DNA of 34,702 bases from a bacterium UBP13_UBA5359. Its GTDB lineage: Bacteria; UBP13; UBA5359. Under the pieces are notes generated by a model. It was not told where the DNA came from. It saw nothing but the letters and a program-made list of their open reading frames with translations, and ran no database searches. Position 1 is the stretch's first letter. Each line of letters opens with the position of its first letter. The stretch covers positions 140,995 to 175,696 of the forward strand of contig DHPR01000013.1 of assembly GCA_002410925.1 (NCBI GenBank), read 5' to 3'. Made by a program: the position numbers and the translations under genes. Positions 1-8,612 of this stretch are shown here, in pieces.

Positions 1-2
1 CA

Positions 3-1061
3 GCTATCTATACATTCAACCCGGAAGATATAATCTCCGTTAAAGTTATGAACCATCCCGAATTCAGCGTAGACCAAGCGGTAATAACCCCCGACGGCAG
101 AATAAACCTGCCTGTAGCAGGAGAAATGACCGCCGTCGGCAAAACCTTGAAGCAACTGGAAAATGAAATTACCAACGCTTTGCAAAAGCGCCTGGTCAAG
201 CCCGAAGTAAGCGTTATTATCGTGCAAACCGCTCCTCGGCGCATCTTTGTGCTGGGAGCCGTCAAAAGCCCCGGCGTATATGACTGGAAGCCGGGCTGGC
301 GTGCAACCGAAGCCCTGGCCAATGCCGGCGGTTTATTATCCCGCCCGGAACTGACCGTAGGGTTGATACTCCGACAGAACAAGCAATCCATAGCGCTGGA
401 TATTCAGGCCGTTATGAACGGCAGTAACGACGCCAATCTTGAGATACATCCCGGCGATGTCATCAACCTGACGGAAAGAACCATAAAAGTAAGCATCGCC
501 GGAGAAGTTAAATCTCCCGGCACTTACGATCTTCCCATAGGGGCAGGTGTTGTGGAAGCCGTAGCCATGGCCGGTGGAGCCCAGCCCAGGGCAGCCCTCA
601 CCGCCGTCAAAGTAAAGCGTGCTGACGGCAGCATTATCTCCTTAGACCTCTTTAAAGCTATGGTCAAAGGCGAAATAACCGATAACTGCAAGCTCTCCTC
701 AGGAGACCTGATACTTCTTCCTCAATCCATTGCGCGTATAGCTGTCCTGGGCGCAGTACAGAAGCCCGGCTATTATGATATAGAAGACGGCACCATAACA
801 AAGCTATCCGATGCCGTAGCCATGGCCGGTGGAGCCGTTAAACATGCCCGCATAGCAGAGATAGGCGTTATCCGCCGGAACAACGGCAAGCAACAGCGTA
901 TCATTGCCAATCTTGATAGCATACTTCGCCAGGGCAAGACCGATCAGGATATAGCTATAAACAGCGAAGATATTATCTATGTTCCTGATTCAAAGGTAGA
1001 TTGGGATCTTTTCCTTAGAAGTATATCCTCCATCGGTGTTTTAAGATGGTTTTTCGATTAA
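3..1061 (+). CDS. wza: Polysaccharide biosynthesis/export protein (Wza-like; Poly_export plus several SLBB domains), 5'-truncated by the window
   Basis: The frame is open from position 3 (AIYTFNPEDIISVKVMNHPEFS...PDGRINLPVAGE), a Poly_export motif. Three SLBB-type repeats follow (VLGAVKSPGVY, IAGEVKSPGTY, VLGAVQKPGYY, each followed by a 'AxAGG' motif), then a C-terminal amphipathic helix. It lies directly upstream of wzc. Confidence 0.88.
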   Translation, partial: AIYTFNPEDIISVKVMNHPEFSVDQAVITPDGRINLPVAGEMTAVGKTLKQLENEITNALQKRLVKPEVSVIIVQTAPRRIFVLGAVKSPGVYDWKPGWRATEALANAGGLLSRPELTVGLILRQNKQSIALDIQAVMNGSNDANLEIHPGDVINLTERTIKVSIAGEVKSPGTYDLPIGAGVVEAVAMAGGAQPRAALTAVKVKRADGSIISLDLFKAMVKGEITDNCKLSSGDLILLPQSIARIAVLGAVQKPGYYDIEDGTITKLSDAVAMAGGAVKHARIAEIGVIRRNNGKQQRIIANLDSILRQGKTDQDIAINSEDIIYVPDSKVDWDLFLRSISSIGVLRWFFD

Positions 1062-1133
1062 GCTTAAAGAGCCGGCAGAAGCAGACCTCAGAAGTTAGCT
1101 AGAGAAAGAGCATAATAACCAACCGAAATTCTT

Positions 1134-1168
1134 CTGGCGCCTGACTCCTGACTCCTGGCTCCTAACCA
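1134..1168 (+). repeat. Tandem heptamer repeat, 4-5 degenerate copies of CTGACTC
   Basis: CTGGCGC CTGACTC CTGACTC CTGGCTC CTAACCA read directly from 1134-1168. Confidence 0.8.
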
Positions 1169-1263
1169 AAGGATACACAAACAATCAAAGAAAGGATATT
1201 AGAGGACAACAGGCAACAGACCCCGGAAGTCGGCAGAAACAGACCTAACAAAAGAGCTCAACC

Positions 1264-1312
1264 TTCTGTCTTCTGACTTCTAACTTCCAGCTTCCAGCTT
1301 CTGTCTTCTAAG
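1264..1312 (+). repeat. Tandem heptamer repeat, 7 copies of a TTCYRNC-like unit, abutting the wzc ribosome binding site
   Basis: TTCTGTC TTCTGAC TTCTAAC TTCCAGC TTCCAGC TTCTGTC TTCTAAG at 1264-1312, followed by GAGGTG (SD) and ATG at 1324. Confidence 0.9.
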
Positions 1313-1323
1313 AGGTGCTCACC

Positions 1324-3549
1324 ATGTCCGAATCCGCCAACAATCAACCCAAACCTGCCTCCGGTTACGGCTACGTCTCCATCAATATGCCTTCCGGCAT
1401 GATGCCCGCAGCTTCCGCAGATGAGGATTCCATAGACCTTCATGAGCTTATAGCCATATTCTTTCGCCGTTGGAAAATAATGTTGATCTTCTTTGCTGTA
1501 GTATTTATTGCCATCTGCCTCCTTACCATACTCACAAGGCCTGTTTACCAATCCACGGCCAAGATACTGGTCAATTCCGACACCAGCCGTCGCAGCAACA
1601 GCGATGAGCTTCCCCTTATATCGGATTTGATGGGCATAACTCAGGCCCGATCTGTCCAGACACAGATAGAGATCCTGAAAAGTGTTCCCATACAGGAAGG
1701 CGCCTTGAGCAGGTTGAACAACAGCGATAGAGAAATACTCAAAAGCTTTTCCGATATCGATATTAAAGCTGTTAAAGATGCCGATATTATAGATATAGCT
1801 GTTTCCAGCCATAGCCCTAGAGCGGCAGCAGCATTGGCCAATGCCATTTGTGCGCAGTATATTGACGAAAACCAGCAGGATAACCGTCAGCAAACCAGCG
1901 CTGCCGCTGCTTATGTTGGGGTTCAGATGAAAACCATCAAAGAGAAGCTGGATAAGGCACGTTTAGGTTTAAAAAAGTATAAAGAGAAGAAAGGCACTCT
2001 GGATCTTACAGCAGAGACACAGCAAAAGGTTGCGCAGCTAGGACAACTGGAAGCCGATTTGAATAAATCCAAAGCGGATAACGCCGGCTATAAATCGCAG
2101 TTGAAAGCCATGAAAGGCATTGTCAGCGGTATGAAAGGAGATCAGATAGCTTCAACAACTATTGCCGCCAACCCTACGGTTGACCAGATCAAGACAGAGC
2201 TGACCCGGTTTGAACTATCCCGGATATCCATGTTGCAGGATTATTCGGCCGAAAGTCCCGAGATCAAGCGTGCGGACAGGCAGATAGCGGAAGCAAAACA
2301 GCGGCTGACCAAAGAGGCATCTACTGAAGTTAGGAGCCAACAGAGATCCCTCAATACCGTCAAGCAATCTCTGACACAGGATACAGCCCTTATTCAAAGC
2401 AATATCTGGGCCTCTGAAGCCCGCACCGCAGCCCTGGAAAGTGCAGCCGCAGGTATAAGAAATAACCTGAGCAAACTGCCTGAACAGGAGTACCGCCTGG
2501 CGCAGTTAACCACAGACCTGGGCGTTCTTGATCAAACATACCGGATGCTCAATGAGAAATACCAAAGCCTGCGCATCAGTGAGCAGGCCCGCCTGGCCAG
2601 TGCCTGCATACTGGCTCCAGCTCGGCCGGATATCTTACCCATCAAGCCTCAAAAGAGCCGTAATCTGGCAGTGGCTTTCATTTTAGGGCTGATGATAGCT
2701 GCCGGCGTTGGCTTTTTGGTAGACAGGATGGATGATCGAATATATTCAGAAGCAGATATACAGAGTCTTCTTTCCAAACCGATTCTGGCACATATACCTT
2801 ATGTGGAAGAGGCGGAGAAACGCCTTCTGTCCGGCATGGAGAAGAAACACTCGTACATTCTGCTTGAGAGCTTTCGTATGCTTAGATCGAATATTACCTT
2901 CATGGGTGTGGATAAGCCCATAAAATCCTTGGTCATCACCAGCTGTGAGCCCAATGAAGGCAAGAGCACCACAGCTATAAACCTGGCTACCGCTATGGCC
3001 ATGGACGGCAAAAAGGCTATTCTGGTAGATGCCGATCTCAGGCGTCCCAGCGTTCATAAAATGATGCAACTTCCACGCAATATCGGGTTTACCAATGTTG
3101 TGACCGGGGCTATCTCTTTACAGGACGCCTTGCAAGAAACGGCTGTTCACAATTTATTTGTATTGGCCGCCGGCCCTACACCGCCCAACCCGCCGGAGTT
3201 TCTTAATACCAGGGCTAGCCGTGAAGCTTTAAAATCCATCTTTGAAGCCGCTGATTTTATAGTTATAGACTGCCCACCGGCAATGATTATGCCTGATGCC
3301 CAGGTTGTAGCCCGCATAGCAGATGCTGTTATGCTGGTTGTTTCTGCTGGTGAGACTAGCAAAAATGCTGTAGGCCGAACAAACGAGGTTATATCTAAAT
3401 CCAATCTCAATTTCTTAGGCGTGGCCATGAATAAGCTAGGTATGGGATCTGGCGGATATTACAAATACTGTGGATATTACAGATACTATGGGTATTACGA
3501 CAAGAATGCGGATAAATATGGAAAGTATTATGTTAAAAAGAGTAGTTGA
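1324..3549 (+). CDS. wzc: Wzc/GumC-type polysaccharide co-polymerase with tyrosine autokinase domain
   Basis: N-terminal Wzz motif (SIDLHELIAIFFRRWK, TM helix, PVYQSTAKILV), coiled coil, PIKP plus second TM helix, Walker A (PNEGKST), A' (VDADLRRP), B (VIDCPP) and a Tyr-rich C-terminal tail. ATG at 1324 has SD GAGGTG; the ORF track start is GTG 1315. Confidence 0.93.
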   Translation: MSESANNQPKPASGYGYVSINMPSGMMPAASADEDSIDLHELIAIFFRRWKIMLIFFAVVFIAICLLTILTRPVYQSTAKILVNSDTSRRSNSDELPLISDLMGITQARSVQTQIEILKSVPIQEGALSRLNNSDREILKSFSDIDIKAVKDADIIDIAVSSHSPRAAAALANAICAQYIDENQQDNRQQTSAAAAYVGVQMKTIKEKLDKARLGLKKYKEKKGTLDLTAETQQKVAQLGQLEADLNKSKADNAGYKSQLKAMKGIVSGMKGDQIASTTIAANPTVDQIKTELTRFELSRISMLQDYSAESPEIKRADRQIAEAKQRLTKEASTEVRSQQRSLNTVKQSLTQDTALIQSNIWASEARTAALESAAAGIRNNLSKLPEQEYRLAQLTTDLGVLDQTYRMLNEKYQSLRISEQARLASACILAPARPDILPIKPQKSRNLAVAFILGLMIAAGVGFLVDRMDDRIYSEADIQSLLSKPILAHIPYVEEAEKRLLSGMEKKHSYILLESFRMLRSNITFMGVDKPIKSLVITSCEPNEGKSTTAINLATAMAMDGKKAILVDADLRRPSVHKMMQLPRNIGFTNVVTGAISLQDALQETAVHNLFVLAAGPTPPNPPEFLNTRASREALKSIFEAADFIVIDCPPAMIMPDAQVVARIADAVMLVVSAGETSKNAVGRTNEVISKSNLNFLGVAMNKLGMGSGGYYKYCGYYRYYGYYDKNADKYGKYYVKKSS

Positions 3550-3883
3550 TCCTTATCATTAATTTTTTGCAAATGGTTGTTTTGCTTGTAATTCTGGAAT
3601 AGGTAAATGAAGTAGTTTAAGTTATTATATTCTGTGCTAGAGAGGCAAAAGGCCGGGAACCGGCGTAGAGAAGCAGCGAAGAATGGCAAAGCTTGTGGTT
3701 TTTTTGACGATATCAGCGTATTTTTATTCCATGATTAAAATTTCCCATTACAGGACGTTTTTATCATAAATCACTTTTAAAAAGGGTGCCGATAAGCACC
3801 TGACGGGATTATGCCTGCCCTGTGATTATCTGTATGCCTCGAAACGTATGTTATTGAACACTTTTTAAGAAGATGGCAGAATA

Positions 3884-3955
3884 ATGAACAAGAATAAAAG
3901 AATTTATCTTTCATCGCCAACGATGAAGGATACGCAGCAACCTAAGCATTTATAG
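3884..3955 (+). pseudogene. N-terminal stub of a DegT/DnrJ/EryC1/StrS-family aminotransferase
   Basis: Translates MNKNKRIYLSSPTMKDTQQPKHL*. 'KRIYLSSPxM' is the typical N-terminus of PglE/EpsN-like sugar aminotransferases; similarity is lost after about 14 codons. Confidence 0.55.
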
Positions 3956-3994
3956 ATTAACTATTGATCTTTGTTGGAGTACATTCCTGTGAAT

Positions 3995-4615
3995 ATGATC
4001 GAAAAAAGAAATATTCTCTTTTCGCCACCCGATATTACCGATGCGGAGATTGCAGAGGTTTTACATGCAATGAGGTCTGGCTGGATTACAACCGGACCCA
4101 GAACAAAGCTATTTGAAAGAAGAATAGCCGAATATATTGGAGCAAATAGAGCTGTTTGCCTTAATTCCGCTACTTCTGCCATGGAGCTTACTCTTCGCAT
4201 ACTTGGTATAGGCCCTGATGATGAGGTTATTACGTCTGCATATACATATACGGCAACCGCTTCTGTAATAGATCATGTCGGGGCTAAAATAGTACTTATT
4301 GATACTGCTCCCAACTCATACGAAATGGATTATTACAAGCTTGTGGATGCTATCACTGAGCGCACGAAGGTTATAATACCAGTAGATATAGGCGGTGTTA
4401 TGTGCAATTACGAGAAGATATTTGCCGCTGTTGAGAACAGAAAAAATCTTTACAAACCTGGCAGCAAAATTCAGAATTTATTTGATCGTCCTATTGTTAT
4501 GTCGGATGCAGTACATTCATTCGGTGCGCCTTGGTGTGAAAAAGAGTCGGGGGATATTGCAGATTTTACACCATTTTCTTTACTTGAGGTAAAGTTCCTA
4601 ACAGGCAGCCAATAG
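3995..4615 (+). pseudogene. Truncated DegT/DnrJ/EryC1/StrS sugar aminotransferase (N-terminal half only)
   Basis: Motifs FSPPDI, SGWITTGP, NSATSAMEL, GPDDEVIT, IIPVDIGG, DAVHSFGA. It stops just after a degenerate PLP-lysine motif (FSLLEVKFLT versus the usual FSFHAVKNLT) at about 207 aa, whereas family members are roughly twice this length. Confidence 0.85.
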
Positions 4616-4668
4616 CATCAACAGCCGAAAACCTTGATATATCAATGTATTTTCGGTTTTATTGCTAT
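4612..4668. repeat. Imperfect inverted repeat centred on the palindrome TTGATATATCAA
   Basis: ATAGCA(4612)..CCGAAAA(4625)..TTGATA|TATCAA(4634-4645)..TTTTCGG(4650)..TGCTAT(4663-4668). Confidence 0.75.
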
Positions 4669-4834
4669 GCACTATAACGCTGTTTTTGTTACTTTTGACC
4701 GAAAGTTTTTATAAAAATAGCACCACTTATAATGAGGATAAGTTTCTAACAAAAATGATAATTATTATGTAATTACCTTAACTAATCAAGGTGTACATGA
4801 AGTAATTTAATCGAATATCTGTGAGGTTTCATTT

Positions 4835-5428
4835 ATGTATAAAGCTTTTTTAAAGCGTTTTTTAGATATAGTCCTTTCTTTTTTTGGTATTATCCTTTTG
4901 TCTTGGTTTCTTCTCTTGATATCATTAGCTATTGTTATAGACGACCCGGGGCCGGTTCTTTTTAAGCAAAGGCGCATAAGCAAAGACAAAAAGCTGTTTA
5001 AGATCTGGAAGTTTCGCAGTATGAAAATAAATACACCGAACGATACGCCAACACATATGCTTAAAAATCCCGAGCAATATATAACAAGGGTTGGTAAGTT
5101 TCTGCGCAGAACATCACTTGATGAGTTGCCACAGATTTTTAATATTTTAGCCGGTCAGATGAGCATTATTGGCCCTAGGCCCGCATTATGGAATCAGGAT
5201 GATCTTGTAGCCGAGCGCGATAAGTCCGGTGCAAACGATGTCCGCCCCGGACTTTCAGGCTGGGCGCAGATCAACGGCCGTGACAAGTTGGAGATTCTGA
5301 CCAAGGCTAAGCTCGATGGCGAGTATGTTGAGCGCATGAGTTTCGCATTCGATGCGAAGTGCTTCTTCGGCACGATATCGTCAGTTTTTAAGCACGATGG
5401 CGTCGTCGAAGGTGATACTGGTGAGTGA
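4835..5428 (+). CDS. Initiating phosphoglycosyl (sugar) transferase, Bac_transf family (small monotopic type)
   Basis: KRFLD, PGPVLFKQRR, KFRSM, TRVGKFLRRTSLDELPQ, MSIIGPRP, RPGLSGWAQINGR. Confidence 0.93.
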   Translation: MYKAFLKRFLDIVLSFFGIILLSWFLLLISLAIVIDDPGPVLFKQRRISKDKKLFKIWKFRSMKINTPNDTPTHMLKNPEQYITRVGKFLRRTSLDELPQIFNILAGQMSIIGPRPALWNQDDLVAERDKSGANDVRPGLSGWAQINGRDKLEILTKAKLDGEYVERMSFAFDAKCFFGTISSVFKHDGVVEGDTGE

Positions 5429-5482
5429 AGAAGAATGCTGGGGATACTTCTGAATCAGTAGAAGGAAAAAGACGAGGTTAAT

Positions 5483-6337
5483 ATGAAAAACAAATACGCT
5501 ATTTTGTCGATGGATGTTGAGGACTGGTACCATCTATACTACTTCCTTGATAAAGCCGACAAATCTTATTCCATGCTTGACGGATTTACCAGTTATATTG
5601 ATTTACTCAATAAACATAACGTAAAAACCACATTTTTTGTGCTCAGTGAGCTTGCCGATATCGCAAAGGATCAAATATTATATGCCGTTTCATGTGGGCA
5701 TGAGATAGCCTGTCATGGCAAAACACATATCAGGCCACTCGATTTGTCTCTGGAAGAATTTGAAGCGCAGATCACTGAAGCAAAAGCTAAGCTTGAGGAT
5801 ATGATCGGTAAAGAAATAATTGGCTACCGCGCTCCGTGTTATGCTATTGACGACGAGAGATATAAAATCGTACAAAAAGTCGGCTTTAAATATGGCTCAA
5901 GCAAAATGGATGTTCCCGGGCACCCGCTGTATGGCAAGCTTGATCTTTCTGAGTTTAAACAACCTGTAAAAGGAATATATACAAAAGAAGGGATGACAGA
6001 ATTCGCGTTGAATACGCAGAAATTCTGCGGAAAGCATATTGCCATTTCCGGCGGCGGTTGGATAAGGCTGCTTCCCTGGAATACCCTAATGAAACCGCTG
6101 ATAAAAAAATATCTGAAAGACGCAGAAAGCTACATATTGTACATACATCCGTTCGAGCTGTCAAAAAAGATGATGCCGAAGGTTCCGGACACTAGCTTGC
6201 TGACAAATGTTCGTGCAAGACGAGATCTCGGCAAGATGGATGGAAGGATAATAGAGCTGATAAGGCTCTTAAGAGAAGCGCAATTTCAGTTCGATACCTT
6301 TGCAGATATATGCTACAGGATTGAGGCTGTCAAATGA
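5483..6337 (+). CDS. Polysaccharide deacetylase family protein (NodB-like, DVEDW type)
   Basis: SMDVEDWYH, TTFFVL, GHEIACHGKTH, GYRAP, SGGGWIRLLP, YIHPFEL. Confidence 0.88.
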   Translation: MKNKYAILSMDVEDWYHLYYFLDKADKSYSMLDGFTSYIDLLNKHNVKTTFFVLSELADIAKDQILYAVSCGHEIACHGKTHIRPLDLSLEEFEAQITEAKAKLEDMIGKEIIGYRAPCYAIDDERYKIVQKVGFKYGSSKMDVPGHPLYGKLDLSEFKQPVKGIYTKEGMTEFALNTQKFCGKHIAISGGGWIRLLPWNTLMKPLIKKYLKDAESYILYIHPFELSKKMMPKVPDTSLLTNVRARRDLGKMDGRIIELIRLLREAQFQFDTFADICYRIEAVK

Positions 6338-6522
6338 CTGTAATTATTACAGGTGCGGCCGGAATGATCGGAAGCCGTCTTGCCGCAGATCTGCTTAATG
6401 AGAAATACAATGTCGTAGGAGTTGACAGACGCAATAGCAATGATGGCAGAGCAAGCGTAATAATTGCAGATTTAAACGATACCAGAAGTTTTAATAATTT
6501 TGTAGTAGGGGCAATTAGGTGA
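6334..6522 (+). pseudogene. Truncated NAD-dependent epimerase/dehydratase (Rossmann N-terminus only)
   Basis: MTVIITGAAGMIG...VVGVDR..ADL, then a stop at 62 aa. The start overlaps the upstream stop (ATGA). No catalytic YxxxK motif. Confidence 0.8.
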
Positions 6523-6529
6523 TAGGTAT

Positions 6530-7687
6530 ATGAATTATAATGGTGTTCGTGTATTAGTTCTTGAAGGGTATACAAGGCAGAGTTTACCTCTGATTAAGGC
6601 ATTTTTTGAACTTGGATGCGAGGTTACTGCACTTTGTTCATCAAAATTAGACGTTGCGTATGCTTCAAGATATACTCAGCACAAATATCGTGGCGTGTGT
6701 AATAGAGAGGATGCTAGAGGTACAGAAAAGCAAATTAGAGAGATGTTGGAAAGCGGAAAATTCGATGTTGTTGTTCCCACGGCGGATTTTTCTGCTTCGC
6801 TATTATCTAAAAATAAAATTGAATTTTCAAAATATGCAAAAGTTATTTCAAATGATTGGAATATTTATGAGATTGCAGCTGACAAAATTCGAACAATGAA
6901 AGTGTGTATGGAAAATGATATTCCATGTCCATATACGCTATTAAATGCACAAATAATTGATGATGTGCTCAATTCACAATTGAAATATCCAATTATAATG
7001 AAACCGAGGGTTGGATACGGAGCTATTGGATTTAAGAAAATTGATACAATAGATGACTTAATAAATGTTTTTGGAAAGAATGATAAACCTATTGAGCATT
7101 ATGTGTTTCAAGAGTATATTCCTCAAACAGATATTCAGTATGAATGTGCAATGTTTATTGATGATAGTAATGAAGTAAAAACCTCCTTAGTTTTTAGCAA
7201 AAATCGATGGTTTCCGGTTAAAGGGGGATCTAGTACATTGAATATTACTGTTGATAGACTTGACATTGTTGAGAGTTGCTCCAAACTCTTACAGAAAATT
7301 AATTGGAGAGGTGCCGCTGATATTGACTTAATTCAAGATCCAAGAGACAATACGGCGAAAATAATGGAGATTAATCCGCGTGTTTCTGGTAGTGTTAAAA
7401 TTACTTTTGTCGTTGGTACGAATCAAGCCAAGCAAATGTTGGAACTTGCTTATGGTCAGAAGGTATCTAAATATGAAAATTACGAAATAGGAAGAAGATT
7501 AAGATGCTCACAGACAGATTTGTTATGGTTTATCAAATCACCCAATAGATTCAAGGCAAAACCATCATGGTTTAGCAACTATAAAACTAGTGACCAAACC
7601 TTATCCTGGAGTGATCCATTGCCTTGGTTTGCATTTAGCATACAAAAGTTCTTTACCTTTAAAAAGGAAATGAGGAAAAGGTCATGA
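6530..7687 (+). CDS. ATP-grasp domain protein (carboxylate-amine ligase-like)
   Basis: ADKIRTM..IPCP, YPIIMKPRVGYGA, FQEYIP, GAADID, IMEINPR. Confidence 0.88.
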   Translation: MNYNGVRVLVLEGYTRQSLPLIKAFFELGCEVTALCSSKLDVAYASRYTQHKYRGVCNREDARGTEKQIREMLESGKFDVVVPTADFSASLLSKNKIEFSKYAKVISNDWNIYEIAADKIRTMKVCMENDIPCPYTLLNAQIIDDVLNSQLKYPIIMKPRVGYGAIGFKKIDTIDDLINVFGKNDKPIEHYVFQEYIPQTDIQYECAMFIDDSNEVKTSLVFSKNRWFPVKGGSSTLNITVDRLDIVESCSKLLQKINWRGAADIDLIQDPRDNTAKIMEINPRVSGSVKITFVVGTNQAKQMLELAYGQKVSKYENYEIGRRLRCSQTDLLWFIKSPNRFKAKPSWFSNYKTSDQTLSWSDPLPWFAFSIQKFFTFKKEMRKRS

Positions 7688-8550
7688 AGAGAATTTTAAT
7701 TGCAGGAATTGATAGCTATATTGGAAATTCAATTAAAAAGTGGCTAAATGATTGTGATGATAATTACATTATTGATGAAATTGATATGAGAAACGATGAA
7801 TGGGAGAAAAAAGATTTTTTCGAGTTCGATGTTATACTTTATATTGCTGGAATCGTTCATATTAAAGAGAAGAAAGAACTTTGGCCATTATATCATAATG
7901 TTAACACATTACTCCCATATAAGGTCGCATTGAAGGCTAAATATTGTGGAGTGCCACATTTTGTGTTTTTTAGCACAAAAGGGGTTTATAAACCCAATAC
8001 AAAGCATATAAATTTTGACACACAACCAGCTCCTACAAAAATGTATGGCAAAAGCAAGTTGGAAGGCGAGAAATTGCTATTGCCACTAAATAATGTCGAT
8101 TTTCATGTTTCGATTCTGCGTCCAGCAGTTGTATATGGCGAGGGGTGTAAAGGAAACTTTCCAAGATTAGTGATTCTGTCGGAAAAAATGCATGTATTTC
8201 CACAATGCACAAGTAGGCGGAGCATGATATATATTTGGAATCTATGTGAATATGTGCGCAGAGTTATTGAACAACCATTGAAAAAAACAATATTGTTTCC
8301 TCAGGACAGGAAACCCGTTAGTACGACTAACATAATGAAAGAATTGTGGAGGGCACGTGGAGAAAGATATTACGTAAGTAAATTTGGTGGTTTATGCGTA
8401 AAATATTTAATCAAAATGCCTGGCTTGAATACACTAAAAACAATGTTCATGGAAACTATTTATGATGAAACGATATCAAATGATTTTAATTATGAATATT
8501 GTGTATATACATTTGAACAAGCTATTCAGAAAGTTGCTCTTACTAAATAG
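7684..8550 (+). CDS. NAD-dependent epimerase/reductase (extended SDR)
   Basis: Variant Rossmann motif ILIAGIDSYIG, AGIVH, FFST, catalytic YGKSK, ILRPAVVYG, RSMIYI. Confidence 0.88.
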   Translation: MKRILIAGIDSYIGNSIKKWLNDCDDNYIIDEIDMRNDEWEKKDFFEFDVILYIAGIVHIKEKKELWPLYHNVNTLLPYKVALKAKYCGVPHFVFFSTKGVYKPNTKHINFDTQPAPTKMYGKSKLEGEKLLLPLNNVDFHVSILRPAVVYGEGCKGNFPRLVILSEKMHVFPQCTSRRSMIYIWNLCEYVRRVIEQPLKKTILFPQDRKPVSTTNIMKELWRARGERYYVSKFGGLCVKYLIKMPGLNTLKTMFMETIYDETISNDFNYEYCVYTFEQAIQKVALTK

Positions 8551-8612
8551 AAGATTTCTCAAAATTTTTGTATTAACTATTAATGGGTTGTAAAAACGAC
8601 AAGAGGTGTGAT

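Noticed and set aside
1134-1312. Repeats as a CRISPR array
   Set aside because: The units are 7 bp, tandem and without unique spacers, and there are no cas genes.
1258-1893. 211-aa minus-strand ORF
   Set aside because: Antisense shadow of wzc; its end (SWKLEVRSQKTEG) is only the translated heptamer array and it has no recognisable motifs.
3643-3700. c-di-GMP-I riboswitch (GGCAAA...hairpin...GCAAAGC)
   Set aside because: Spacing and the GACGCAAAGC junction do not match the consensus as recalled, and no second stem is evident; an Infernal scan would be needed.
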